Shown here piece after piece: positions 1 through 12,512 of a stretch of 64,000 nucleotides of DNA. The position numbers and the translations under genes were made by a program. The notes under the pieces were generated by a model. The model did not search any database and was not told the DNA's origin. It saw nothing but the letters and a program-made list of their open reading frames with translations. Numbering within the stretch: position 1 is the first letter of the stretch; every line of letters begins with the position of its first letter. Origin of the DNA: Psilocybe cubensis (lineage: Eukaryota); the NCBI GenBank assembly GCA_017499595.2, contig CM039010.1:1426001-1490000 (forward strand), read 5' to 3'.

Positions 1-19
1 GCGAATGAATAATACGTAC

Positions 20-136
20 CAATTCTCGTTGGATAGCATTCAGGGTGGATTCATCAGCCACTCCGGGGCCAGGCCTTGTAACTTCCAAAATACCAATGCG
101 AATGCGGGCAAGCAGATAAGTCATCTTCATATGCAT
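20..136 (-). CDS. Probable first exon of a gene running off the left edge (MHMKMTYLLARIRIGILEV...NAIQREL)
   Basis: ATG-started 39-codon frame ending at a GTACGT donor; divergent from the gene at 365. No family recognised. Confidence 0.35.
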
Positions 137-364
137 AAAATCTTCTTCACGCTTCCAGGATGTAGAAATGAGAGGGGAGAATATCATGTTTGATGTCAAT
201 GAGTGGAGCAGATAGACTGAGTGCGAGTTGGCACATAATCTTATCTTATGTGTCAGTGCGATTGCACGTGATGCCGGATCAATCACTGAGCAAAACACAA
301 CGCCGAAATTAATTAAACCACTATCTTTAGTCTTCTCATCACAGTCCCCGGAGCGCAATTACTG

Positions 365-1925
365 ATGGCAAGTGAACACGGTAAACAGACCCCACAGAAA
401 GTATGTGTAATATCTTGTAAATAATATATAATTGACTAATGTATTTGCAGAACGTTCAACCCAATCATGGTGCCCTTCAGTCACATCTCAAAAATGTGCC
501 GTTTTGGAACATATACGACGTTGAGTCGCGTCACATTGTCAATCGAGTAGTTGGGACTGGACAGAATACTCGATCCGATGGAATGATCGGTCCACTTCCC
601 CCTTCGAAGACAGGGCTTAAACGGAGTTTATCAGAAATCAGCGGTATCGAAGTAACCGGCACATCCTCAGGCGAGGTGAGTAAGCTTTTCTAAGTAGGTC
701 ATTTCATCCGCTGAACCAGAAACCCCTATACCACAGGTGGAAGATATGGCAAAACAAGCTGCTGGAGGCTCCACTGCTCCTGCAGCTAAAAGGTCGCTCA
801 GGGATATTAAGCAAGGATTATTGTTGAAAAGGGTTAAGGTCGAGCCACAAGACGTCAAGATCAAACTCGAGGCGATAGAGCCTTCCCCATCCCTTTCTAC
901 CTCCATTTCAACATCTTCCACGGCTGCTGGACAAGGGGGAGTTTCCAAAGACAATGAACCCAGCATTCATCCAGATTCTGCAACTCCCGGCCCTGTTACT
1001 GCAAAAATGATGTCTTCGAGCAAGAAGGATCACCCCAGGGCTCCAAATGTCAAGGCCAAGAAGCCCACCCCCGTTTCTACCATCGAAGGTGCACCTGCCG
1101 CCTCCATCAAAGCCACACCCGCTGCCACAATCGAATCTGCACCCGCTTCTGCCATCAAACTTGCCCCCGCTTCCGCCATCGAAGCACCCACGCCCATCAC
1201 ATCAAGAGGCAGGAAACCTATTCCACCTTCCAGTACCAAACCCACCCCTCAACTCAACAACCCTACGCCCATTCCGCTTTCCAGGACTACTCCTAATGAT
1301 CCGGCTTCACTGACAAAACCGAGTACCGTCCCTGATGATCCTGCTCTGAGCAGCAGAGAAAAATCCGCCCCTGATGCTACTGCTCCGAACAGTGGAGAAA
1401 AATCAGGAAATGCCAGCGTTCTTGAACTTGCTGGGATACCTTGCCTTCCGCTTACAGGCAGTATGCTAGTCATTCCCCGATGCCCTCGCAGGAGCTTCAT
1501 ATCCTACGATCTTCAGTGGCCTCAGAACAGGGAAGACTGGTTACACGAAGTAAGGGGTGAGAATATGTCTGAATTACATGTAGATTGGGAAATTAGCGAG
1601 GCGAAATTCAGCAAAATGTATCCAGACTTGGCGAAAATGGAATATGTACGTCCCTCCCACCATCTTTGGTTTCCCAGTGTCCTAACCCTTGTTACCCCAG
1701 AACTATGCTACCTCCGAACTCCAGGGCATAGAGGAAAACATGCTCAGGAGGTTTCACATTTCTGATCATTCGGATTATTGTGTTACTGTAGAGTCTCTGA
1801 GATCAGGAAGGTATGGACAACTTCTTCTTGAGGCGGATATGTATCAAGAATTGGCGAAGATCAAGAAGGGTTTGGGGTCTGCTAAGGAGCACATTAAGGA
1901 ACTTCTGGCTTCCGCTTCGGAATAA
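365..1925 (+). CDS. Hypothetical P/S/T/A-rich protein, 4 exons (365-400, 451-675, 737-1645, 1701-1925)
   Basis: ORFs 439, 737 and 1689 join in frame via canonical GT-AG introns. No recognisable domain. Confidence 0.6.
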
Positions 1926-2098
1926 ACAGCTCAAATACTTTACCTCCAATGATATTTCTTTTTTCTCTGCTCCAAGTCTGTGATCTACATCAACTCCAAG
2001 GGTTTAAATTTCCTTCTGTTTCTTGTTCTATTTTCGTTGCCCTAACTCCTTTTCACACTTTAAGCTTTAACTTTCCTGCAACAATCCCATTTTCCTTC

Positions 2099-2535
2099 TG
2101 TTTCCCATTGTATTTTCGTTCCCCTGATTCCTTTTCAAATCTAATTCTCCTCCTCCGTTGGCAAGAATCCCCTTTTGGAACAAACCCAATCCCGCTTCTA
2201 GTTGCTCATTCCTTCCGAATTGCTTTGGATCACTTACTGTACCACACGACAAGGTGGGGGCCTTTGTATGTGTTTGGTGGGCACTATCCACCCACTCTTG
2301 AGTCTTGAAGATCCTCCAAAAGCTTTCCCTGACACCGCTGACATGATTGAGCAGATTCACCTCTCTATTGTGCTGTATGTGCTCATGGAATGCCCACCGG
2401 TGTGTTTCCCGTTCTATTTTCGTTCCCCTGATTCCTTTTCAAATCTAACTTTCCTCCTCCGTTGGCAACAATCCCCGGTCGGAACGGGCTCAATTGCACT
2501 TCTATTTTTATTCCTTCCGAATTGATTGCTTTCAT
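2099..2535. repeat. Imperfect ~130-bp direct repeat (~2099-2230 and ~2402-2535)
   Basis: Shared core TATTTTCGTTCCCCTGATTCCTTTTCAAATCTAA..TCCTCCTCCGTTGGCAA..TTCCTTCCGAATTG. Confidence 0.8.
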
Positions 2536-4399
2536 CTAACCTCGGAACCATTTCCAAGCTTTGTACCGAGTCCGCCTGACATGGACAATGTCTCAAGCAA
2601 GTTCAGAGGAGGGTTTGGAGACAGATCATTGAACGGTTCTGCAGGAAGGTTATTAATGAAGAATACTCGTATTTCCCTTTGTAATCTTTATTTCTCCCAG
2701 GTTTCCGGAACGTTAAATGCTTTTATTACCTCAATATCAATTCTCGTCCCAAAATTATGGGCTGAGTTAAGAAAGCATCAACATTGGAGTAATGTTTGGG
2801 AGAATGTTACTGACCCAGAAACGGCTTCGCAGATATGAAGTATATGGTGTTCCCCGGCGGCGGCTCGTGCGTCCATTGGTGTTCCGAGGCAGCGGTTTGT
2901 GTGATGTGTCTGTGGGCGGGCGTGACGCTTCTGTCTCTACCAGTCCTTTCTCCATCACTATACAATCAAGCGCTGAAGTTTTCTATCAAGAGATCTATAG
3001 CTACGGCGAACAAATATATATATCAAGTCTCCCAACAAGGTTTCAATTACACCTTTCCAATACCTCAATGTCCAACCATTTTCCATTTCCTAAACGCTGT
3101 CCGAGTAACACCATGTGACCCCATCGCTAATCTCAGTGGGTGATGTTGACACCCCTCAGCGCTCAGCTGAGCCATCACTATAGGCGGTAAATCACGACTC
3201 AGCTTAGCCCATATATGGTCGGTGAATATCAAGGCTTGGCTCGGTCAGCTGAGCCGTTATGTTAACAACTTAATTCAATGCCAGGTGGCCCATTGTTGTA
3301 CCTACGTATGTATCTTACTATCTGAGGTATGATGTTACAGCATTATCAGGGCGGGTATTCACTCTGCGAGTTCACAATGCACACTCCTTGAATAATTGTC
3401 AGTTAGGGGTGGATGCAAGATAAGGCTAGTATAATTAGATTGCTCTGAAATCAAATAATATTGTATTTATTGTCATCCAGTAATCCTAAGAGGGAGTATT
3501 GGTGAGTAAATTGTCCATTAACAAGGAGAACGGGGAGTATGAGGAGCATTGATTGAGCGATGAAAGCGGGAGGCGAGATGTGACTGATGTGACAACAGGG
3601 GCTGTCCGCATCTTTACTGATGCAATTGCACCAGATGTTATGGAGAGCGATTTGCAACGGTTTTCGTCAGAATTTTTGACTCCGCTTTCATTCTCCGCCG
3701 GAGCTCTCCCGAACATCTGGAGCCGAGATTAGGCTACACTGTAGTACACAGCACACCTAAAGCGGCTGACAATGACATCACAGTTGTTTGTTTTATAGCT
3801 ACCGAAAGTCCCGGCACTGCATGCCGCCAATGATCGACGGTGTGCATATATAAACCTGCGTTGTTCGTCTGGTGCCCCCCATCAACTTGTCCTTGAACTT
3901 TACACTCAACTCTCGTCTACTACACCCGGCTTACTCTTTTTAGAGGATAGCTGTTTGGTTCATCGATATCTCTGTGCTTTATTATATTATCCTGTACTTG
4001 TTCCACGGGCGGGTTGGCGTACTGTATCTGTCGACGAGCTTCAGCCTTCAGGCTTCACATCGCCCACGCTCGTTTGGTCTGGCCTTTGGGTGTAATCATA
4101 ACCAATCGGTACTCGCGACATCGCCCAACGATATTCCACAAGGCGGGCAGGCTACATTACATCGGAGCGGTTGCATCTGAGGCTGACCACACTCACACCG
4201 ATACTGGACCTGATCATAATGAACACATCGTTATCGCTATATCGCTTAGTCTTAAACGCCGAGAGTAAGTGCCCCTGTTCGCTGTTGGGTATTTTATCCA
4301 TTGATTAAATGGCTTTTTGTAGTTCTGAGCGTGTTTGAGGTCTGCTTTGCTTTGCCTGGGTTTTCGTCTGGTATTCCTTGGCCTCGATGGGATTTCTTG

Positions 4400-4552
4400 A
4401 CATCGCCTTTGCTCGATGTCGCCTTTCTCGATATCGCCTTTACTCAACATGGTCTTTTCTCAATATCGCCTTTACTCAACGTGGTCTTTTCTCAATATCG
4501 CCTTTGCTCAACATCGCTTTTTCTCGAATTTGCCTTTTTCAATCGCGCCTTG
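4400..4552. repeat. Degenerate ~15/30-bp minisatellite (ATATCGCCTTTACTCAAC-like units)
   Basis: Repeated TCGCCTTT(a/g)CTCAA(c/t) units visible in the sequence. Confidence 0.75.
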
Positions 4553-4666
4553 CTTCTTTCTTTCTTTTTGCTTCAACACTTAAGTAACATCAACACAAAC
4601 TGCCCTCGCTTTTTTTAATTTCTATTTCTTCTCTACCCAATCCCACTCAACAACCGCATAAAGCTA

Positions 4667-5500
4667 TCCACTTCCAAGACCTTGAGGCTTGTCGCACTGA
4701 CGGACACTGCTATCGACGCCCCGCGCGTCGACGGCGGAGTCTGTCTCCTGTGCTTCTCGCTTTGGCGGACTCGCTCGACACCTCGGACTCACTCTTGGTA
4801 CCTGTCTCTTGCGTACGCTTGGGCGGTGTTGCGTGTTGACTCCCTGGTATCATTGGCTTGTCTGCTTCGACGCCTCCTGAGCTTTTGGTGGACGACTGCC
4901 TGTGCCTCTGGCTCCTCTGTGTGACTGCCTTCATGCAAATGGGGCGGTCATGCTTCGGGTGTCTTCATCACAGGTGGTGCTGTCCATCTTGGTTCTTGAG
5001 ATGTTGGAGGTCCCCCCTTGCTACATTCATTTAAACCAACATTCACCATCTCCTATCATCCAACAACATCTCATTATCTTTTCATTTTTCACTTATTTTT
5101 TTCACACCCGACATCGGTTCCACTTCCAAGACCTCGAGGCTTGTCGCACTGACGGACACTGCTATTGACTCCCCGCGCGTCGACGGCGGAGTCTGTCTCC
5201 CGTGCTTCTCGCTTTGGCGGACTCGCTTGACGCCTCGGTCTCAGTCGTGGTAACTGTCTCTTGCGTACGCTTGAGCAGTAACTCGGATTGTCACTCTGGC
5301 ATCATTGGCTTGTCTGCTTCGACGCCTCTTGAGCTTTTGGTAGACGACTGCCTGTGCCTCTGGCTCCTCTGTGTGACTGCCTTCATGCGAATGGGGTGGT
5401 TTTACTTCGGGTGTCTTCATCACAGGTGGTGCTGTCTGCCTTGGCTCTTGAGATGTTGGAGGTTCCCCCTTGCTACTCTGGATCACTCATTTAAACCGAC
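4667..5500. repeat. Near-tandem direct duplication of ~370 bp (4667-5039 and 5119-5500)
   Basis: Both copies start TCCACTTCCAAGACCTYGAGGCTTGTCGCACTGACGGACAC and end near TCATTTAAACC; offset 452 bp. Confidence 0.9.
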
Positions 5501-6956
5501 AATCGACTTCTTGACAAAATTCCACTTTAACCGTCGTCTCCCGACACCTTATATTTTTCTCTTCGTCTCATTCCTTTCTCATTTATATTTTTCTTATTTC
5601 TTCTCATCTTTTTGTGCATCTCCAACAATCCCAATCATGATGATCCTGACACCAATCTTTTATTCCTTTTTCCCCCTTTGCCTTTTAACCTCTACTATGC
5701 ATGATCACGGCACTCTTATTGTTCTTGTCGTTTTAGTTTCTTCTCATCTACACTTTTTGCGGTTTGGATTCATACTCAGGCCTCATGCCTCAGGGTTTAC
5801 GTCGATGTTTGAAGCTTGAAGCTTGAAGCTTTGCGTGTTTTGAAAGGTTCAGGCTTCGTGCAACAAGACAATCCGCCAAGGTCTGTCAATATTTTGCTTA
5901 AGGATTTATATGTGGTGATGGTGAGAATGGGGTAGATAGCTGAGGGATATTGCCTCAAGGCGGATTATTTAGGTTGAGTTTGTGAAGGACTGACTGACCT
6001 GACTGACCAATAAAAAGTTCGAAGTTGTAGGTTTTAATCTTCTTTTAATTGTTCTTATGCTTCTTGCTTGCTGCAAACAAGTCCATCGGCGACCGTCGAC
6101 ATATATGTCGAACAGACCGTTTCAAGTTTACTGTCACGAGCCTTTGGAATGAGAAAAATTAGAATGAGCACATGTAAGTAAGATCTTTTTGCTGTCATTA
6201 TGACCATCATCATCTTTCCCCTTTTTCCTCTTTTTGTTTTTTAGGAATAAAAGGTTTTTGGCAGGGATAAGAAAGACATCCTCAGAGGTGCTACTCGGGC
6301 GTTATTGAATTCGCCACTGTTGGAACCATGCATCATGGTTTCCCTGTTAGTAATCTAAATATGTATATAACAACTTTGAAAACACATCGTGTCCGTGCAT
6401 ACTGTGTGCCTCTGATTTCGATTATCATTTTTTGGATTCGAAATTCGACATTCGATTGATCGTATCGTGGTCCGTGGTGGTCGATGGATACAAGTGTACT
6501 AACTAACTAACTAAACTAAGCATTTTCATCACATCATATCACCGTGGGAGGACTCATGTACGTACATCGTGCTGATCAGGGCCCTCGTAGTCTGTAAGAG
6601 TCTATATATATATCACCTCGAGTCTTCGACACGACATCGTGCCCCAACACGCTGCAGTGCACACAACACACGGATGTTATGGTTATGGTTAGGGGTAGGG
6701 GTAATACCATTGTCGAGTCATTTATCCAAGTTCGAAAGACGTGTGTTCGTATGGATGGCTATGGCTATAAAAGCACCTCGGTTTCTCTTCAAGGTCTGAT
6801 TCGGAGTTCCATTGTCTGAACCTCTTTTTCTTTCTTGCGTGCTTGGTTTTCTTGCTTTCCACTTCTCTCCTCTCTCTCTCTCTGAGCGATTGAGAACTGA
6901 AACCTCAGTCAAAGTCGAAACGAAACCGAAACCGAAACAAACCACATCCGATATCG

Positions 6957-9900
6957 ATGCGCCCCATCGATTGTATCTCCGAATCTCACACTGGCACTGG
7001 AACTGGCACAGTCACAGTCGATGAATGTTTTAGCCCGCCGCCGGGTGCCATTATCACTGTTCATATCAACGCTAACACCGGCGCCTCTTCTGCAACGGAC
7101 CTGGATGTACCCGTAGATGGTAGGACGATATTGGACGAGGACAGGAATGCTGTGTCTGTAACTGTAACCGCTGCTGCTGCTGATGCCACTCAACCCACCA
7201 CCGACGATAAACCGGCCACTCCCACTCACAATCAGCCTGCCACTCAAAATCAACCCGCCACTCAAGAGTCGCGTCCGACTCCAACTCCGATTCCAGCTCC
7301 GGCGTTGACTCCGACTCCGTCTCTGACTTCAACTTCCACTTTGACTTCCACTTCCACTTCCACTCCGACGCCAACACAGACGCTCGTGCCAAACGCGACA
7401 CAAATCACAGAAATTGAAATTGAAATCGACATGCACTTAGACTTGGAATTAGACACGGTGTACAAGGACCCTGCTTCTGTTGAACACGGTGCTGAGTCCG
7501 GCGACGCGACTCAGATGCGTCTTGACTTGGGACGGAAGGCTATTGCTCATACCACTGCCACTGCCACTGCTGTTGCTGCTGCTACTGACGTTGTTACTTC
7601 TGCTGCTGCTGCTTTTGACATTGCTACTTCTGTTGCTACTGATATTTCTACCACCGCGACTGATACTGATACCACTGCGACTGGTACTGGTACCGCTGCT
7701 ACTGATACTGCCTCTACTTCTGCTGCTGAGCCGGACGCAAAGACGTTTCCACCAGACTCGGAGTGTTCCACCGCGCACCAACATCAAGATGGCACTATAA
7801 TCGCCGATAATGCTTCTTGTACCAATGCTACTGCTACTGTTACTTCCGCTGCCAATGGTGTCGCCGCTCGTGCTGTTACTGCTACTGTCTCGACGACTCT
7901 CCCGAATTCTTCGCGTGCGGACACGATGAATGTCTCCATCGATAAGCCTGATGACGCCGATCGTCACGCTGATGCTCATGTGCATGCAGGCGTAGACAGC
8001 GGGGAACACAATCAGAACCAGAACCAGAGTCAGGACCAGGAGGCAAACGGGGATGCAAAAATGGGTGACGATATGGATTGTCGTTCAGATGGCGTGTCCC
8101 CTGTTCTCGATCATACCCACACCGATGGGGATGGTAATAATAATAATAAAGATAATAATAATATTTGGAACGGCAACGGCGACAGTGGCGATCTTGGGCG
8201 CGTCCAGGGTGACGCTGACGCCCGGCGTCAGATTGAAGCGCAGGTCAGTCAACACACGCCGACCGCGAATTCCTCGTGCGCACAACCGCCAGAGCCACAG
8301 TTACAACCCCAGACAAAGCCAAAGCCCAAACCAAAGACGCACGCGGACCACATGCGCGCGCTCATCTTGCGCAAAGTCAATCCACAAGGCGCGTTCGATG
8401 TACAGTATGCCTGTTCGGATTGTGATACTGATCAGACAAATGCAGATACTAACACCAGGGTCGATACCCAAACCAACACCACGGCCAACATCAACGCGTT
8501 AACCACGCCTTGGCGCTTCGTGTTCAACACGCACTACGAGGTCGAGGACGAGGTGAAAGAGATACCAGCTTACTCTTGGATGACAAGGCGCGTGCGGTAC
8601 CCCGATGGAAAGCGGGTCAGCACCAACGGAATGTGGGCAGCGACGCTCGCGGACTTCCACCGCGTCGCGTCATGGCACGACCCGCCTACGGTGCCCAAAG
8701 CGCCCGATGATAAATCAAGGCCGGACTCCTCCTCTAGCGCGTTGGAGTATGAGAGGTGTCAAGGTCCGAGGAGGTGCACGGTGGTTGCGCCAATGAAGGT
8801 GGTCACGTCCAGCATGCTGCTCGCGAGGTACGCTTCGGTGGTGACTGGTGACGTGCGACACGACCGTCTGAGGCAGGTTCTGCGCATTGCAGAGACGGAG
8901 GAGGGCCCGCAGATTCTCCCGGTGTATAGCATTGCGAAACTCGTGCGGGGCGCCGAAGCGTGGAAGGCGCAGAGTGCGCCGGGCGGGGCGTCGTGGGCAA
9001 AGATGACCTTGGATGATCTTAACAATAACAATGATATTGGATGCGAAGAAGGCGAGCGGGCGAAGAAGAGGCCGAGAGAGCGCTGGGAGGTTGATGAGCC
9101 GGTAAATTCTGTTTCTTATTCGATTTGGTGCATGTGCGATAATAAAAATGCAATGCTGACTGTTTACATAGTGGCCTCCAGAGTCCATCTTCAGTCCACG
9201 CGCGTACCCGCGTCCATGGACACTCGAGCCTTTCAAGCAGCACCACTGGCACGCCGAATACGACCTCACAAGCTGGGTGAACGTGCCGACGCTCCAGAGC
9301 TACATCCCGCAGCACCTGCTCCCCGCAAAGCTCATCGTGCACGATCCCTGGGAGGTGCTCTCCGGCCTGCGCTGCACCGCAGAAGACCAGTACACCGCGC
9401 CGTTCACGCAGAAGAAGGACATCGTGCGCGTGTTCAAGCTCAGCCTCGACCGCCGCCCGCGGTACGACAGCGATAGGGAAGAGGAGCAGAAGGAGCTGGA
9501 CAGGGAGGAAGCGCGCCGCACCGAGTTCCTCGCGTGTCCGAAGTCGGGGGTGCCGATGCCTGCGGGGATGTTCTATGAGCCCCGGCGGTGCGTGGAGGAT
9601 GAGGGTGATGGGACTGGGCCTGCGAAGCCGCCGGTGTACGTTGTGTTCCCTGCGCGGCCACGGAAAGTCGCCCCAAAAGAGGCGCATTTGTATCTCGCGC
9701 CTTCTGAGAAGATGGGTTCGGGCCACCATTCGTATGTGTACCGCGCCGAGCTTGAGGTCCCGCGCTCGATGTTAGTTGAAGACGTTATCTGCGAGGACTG
9801 TGTGCGTGCAGACGTGAAACGCATTTTAGAGGAGGAGGATGGGATAGACGGGGAAAAAAGAGATCCGAAGTGGGATGATCAGACTGCTGGGAGGTATGTA

Positions 9901-10829
9901 TTGAAGCTGAGGAAGTTGAGAGATGGGAAGAGGCGGAAGGTCATGTTCGGATCCGAGGAAGCCATGTGTGAATGGGATGATAAACACGATCGTGTAACGA
10001 AAGAACAATCCCAGCTCCCGGATGTTCATATCGAATACGAAGGCCCCTATCGCGCAGTGCAGACGAAGGTAGGCTATCAAAATCTTGAGCGGGCGCCGTA
10101 TTGCGAGCACTTGCGAATGCGGAGCGAGAACATCCACCCACTAACCGCCAGAGTCTATGTTGCCGCAAAATTAGCTAGCAGGGACGACAGTGAAGACCAT
10201 CTTCCGAAAGAGGCGTTGAACTACCAAGCATTCCCGAAACACTTTTTTGAGCATCGAACAGGGTACAATTTGTCTGAGTCGGAACACCCTTTTGTTTTTC
10301 CCCAAGCCCCTGTGCCGCCAGGTGCACTGGTACCACAGTTTTATGGGTACTACGAAGCGGATTGGAAGGACCAAAACAACAGAAACTCAAAGGGCGAGAG
10401 GGAGCATCTGAGTCCTATTTTATTGATGGAAGATTGTGGCCAGGCTATCGATCCAGACAAGATGTCCGTAGATGACCGGTGAGCCCATTGAACTTGACTT
10501 TGATTGGAGAGCACCGCTAGACAAAATTTGTTTTCTCTAGAAACGAGTGCATCTCGCTATTTCTTCGGATGCATGCAGCAGGATGGATCCACAACTCCCT
10601 CTACAGAAGAAATATTGTGCGGCAGCCCGGCCCATTAAGCGAGCATCCTGTGATCAGGAGAAGCCAAAGTTATCGCCAGGGCCGTGATGGGTATGGACTG
10701 CATTGGAGTTTCCGGCTCATTGACTTTGGGAGATCGGCGACTGAAAATGACAGCCATTACTATTACAGTAACTGGGAGGATGAGACGGAGAGGTTGATAA
10801 AATGGATTCAGCGTGGGGTGTTGACCTAG
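6957..10829 (+). CDS. Large protein with low-complexity T/A/P/N N-terminus and a C-terminal protein-kinase-like domain (introns 9102-9171, 10479-10540)
   Basis: Splicing joins ORFs 6957, 9277 and 10569 in frame. Motifs MGSGHHSYVY, VAAKLA, ILLMEDCG, IHNSLYRRNI, RLIDFGRS. Start codon uncertain. Confidence 0.75.
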
Positions 10830-12512
10830 CGCTGCAGATTGTCAACGACAAACTGCGAATGGAAAGATACATGAGCATGTTTGTGGGACCGTTAGACGTA
10901 AACATAGACCAGCGATTTATTGAAGGATAGATATCAAGAGATTACACGCGGTGTGGCTCCAGTTTGTAGCAATAATCGCATCCTTTTTGATTTGTCCTTC
11001 AGAAGGACATGAGATCGGATAAACGGCTGGGATTAATTAGTCCTTTTTATCTAGCCTTGTTGAAAATAAAATACGCATCAATCCGTGTTTATAGGTTTGG
11101 ATGATAGTAAATCTGTTTTAGTTTTGAGATAAGTAGGTGAGAAGGTGGTGCTGATCAGGAGGTGTTATCTCGCCAGAAAGGGGATCAAGGCCAAACGCAG
11201 ATTTTCTACGATGTTGAGCCGATGACAAGCGTGTCGCTGGTAGATGTTGACACAGAAAAAAGGAAAACAACCGAGATCAAATTCACTGGTAGGATCGTCA
11301 AATAGCACTCGGCATCGGGGTCCATGTGTTTCCTGTGAGAAGAACAGTTAACCACAAAAGCGTGTTGATCATAGTCAGACTTGTACATGTACAAGGTGCT
11401 AGGGGTAGATTGCTTTCGTATGAGCGTACGAAACTTGTACATTCTAGTGCTTAGTGTTGGTAGGCTTATGAACGCCACACCCAGAGATTTGGACATACCT
11501 AAGGTATAAGACCGTCACTTCGCGAACCAAGACTTCTTTTGGGCAAGACGTTTAATTCTAGGACCAGCAGCCATTAATTGATTGGTACATGCGGTCATGG
11601 GCGTCATGAACGTCTTCTAGAAAGACAATGAGGCAGGTTAGATATGAATAATTGGGGCAGAAGCTTAAACTCGAACATCTATGACACTCTCCAGGCATAA
11701 TTCTAAAATTTCAGAGCTATTTTTCGTTCCCGTGAACCTCACTGTGGTATTTTGGTTCAGTGAACGTTATTCATGTCAGGGTTCTGCTGCGGACATCTGT
11801 TGTTATTTGAGTGACATCCTGTCTATACAAAATGAGTGGTGTGTTTGAAGATGGGCCAAGAGAATCACACGTTAAAAAAGAAACCCTCAGGCTTTGTAAA
11901 GCTTGAAGCAAATGTCAGAAGTAATTTATCAGATGGCGTAACCATGTGTCATTCCTGGAAAAGGCGTCTGGGTTTTGCTCTTTGTTGACTGTATAAAACT
12001 TACGTGGGAAACTAAAATGCCGCCAACAAGTTGAATTGCGTCTCACCGTCTCCGGAAGCACCAGATGACCTGGTTCCGGGGAGCCTCATGGGGAATAGAA
12101 GGACGGATTGGCCACTCGGGTGACATAGCGACAGACAAGATATTTTTATCGGACCTCTGAGCTCGCAAAATTCGGGCTGCTAGAAGAGAGAACGCAGTGA
12201 AGGGAACACTATAGGTGATGTGTTCTGTTGCTTAAGGTTGTAGTATGCACTCGATCCTGTTGCTTCATCGGGCAAAAATAGCGAGATCAAGCGGATATGT
12301 GTGATGGGTGCAACGAGGCAAGCTTTTTATGGCGAGGGGGGCCTGGGATAAAAACGGACGACAACCCATACGCGGACTTTGGGAGGCGCAAGAACAGTCT
12401 GATATTGGCTCCGAGAACACCGTCCCAAGCCAATTACATTTCCTTCAAAGAACCGTGTCCATTAGTCGAACCAGAGTACTTCTTTTCTTTCCCTCAGGTT
12501 TGAGGGTCGAGT

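Noticed and set aside
4667-5500. LTR pair of a retrotransposon
   Set aside because: Copies are only ~80 bp apart, with no TG..CA ends, PBS/PPT or gag-pol remnant.
9102-9476. C-terminal part of the 839-aa ORF
   Set aside because: Read-through of intron 9102-9171; the spliced frame continues into the kinase-like ORF.
7072-10390. Many antisense and alternative-frame ORFs over the GC-rich kinase-like gene
   Set aside because: Shadow ORFs expected from low-complexity, GC-rich coding sequence.
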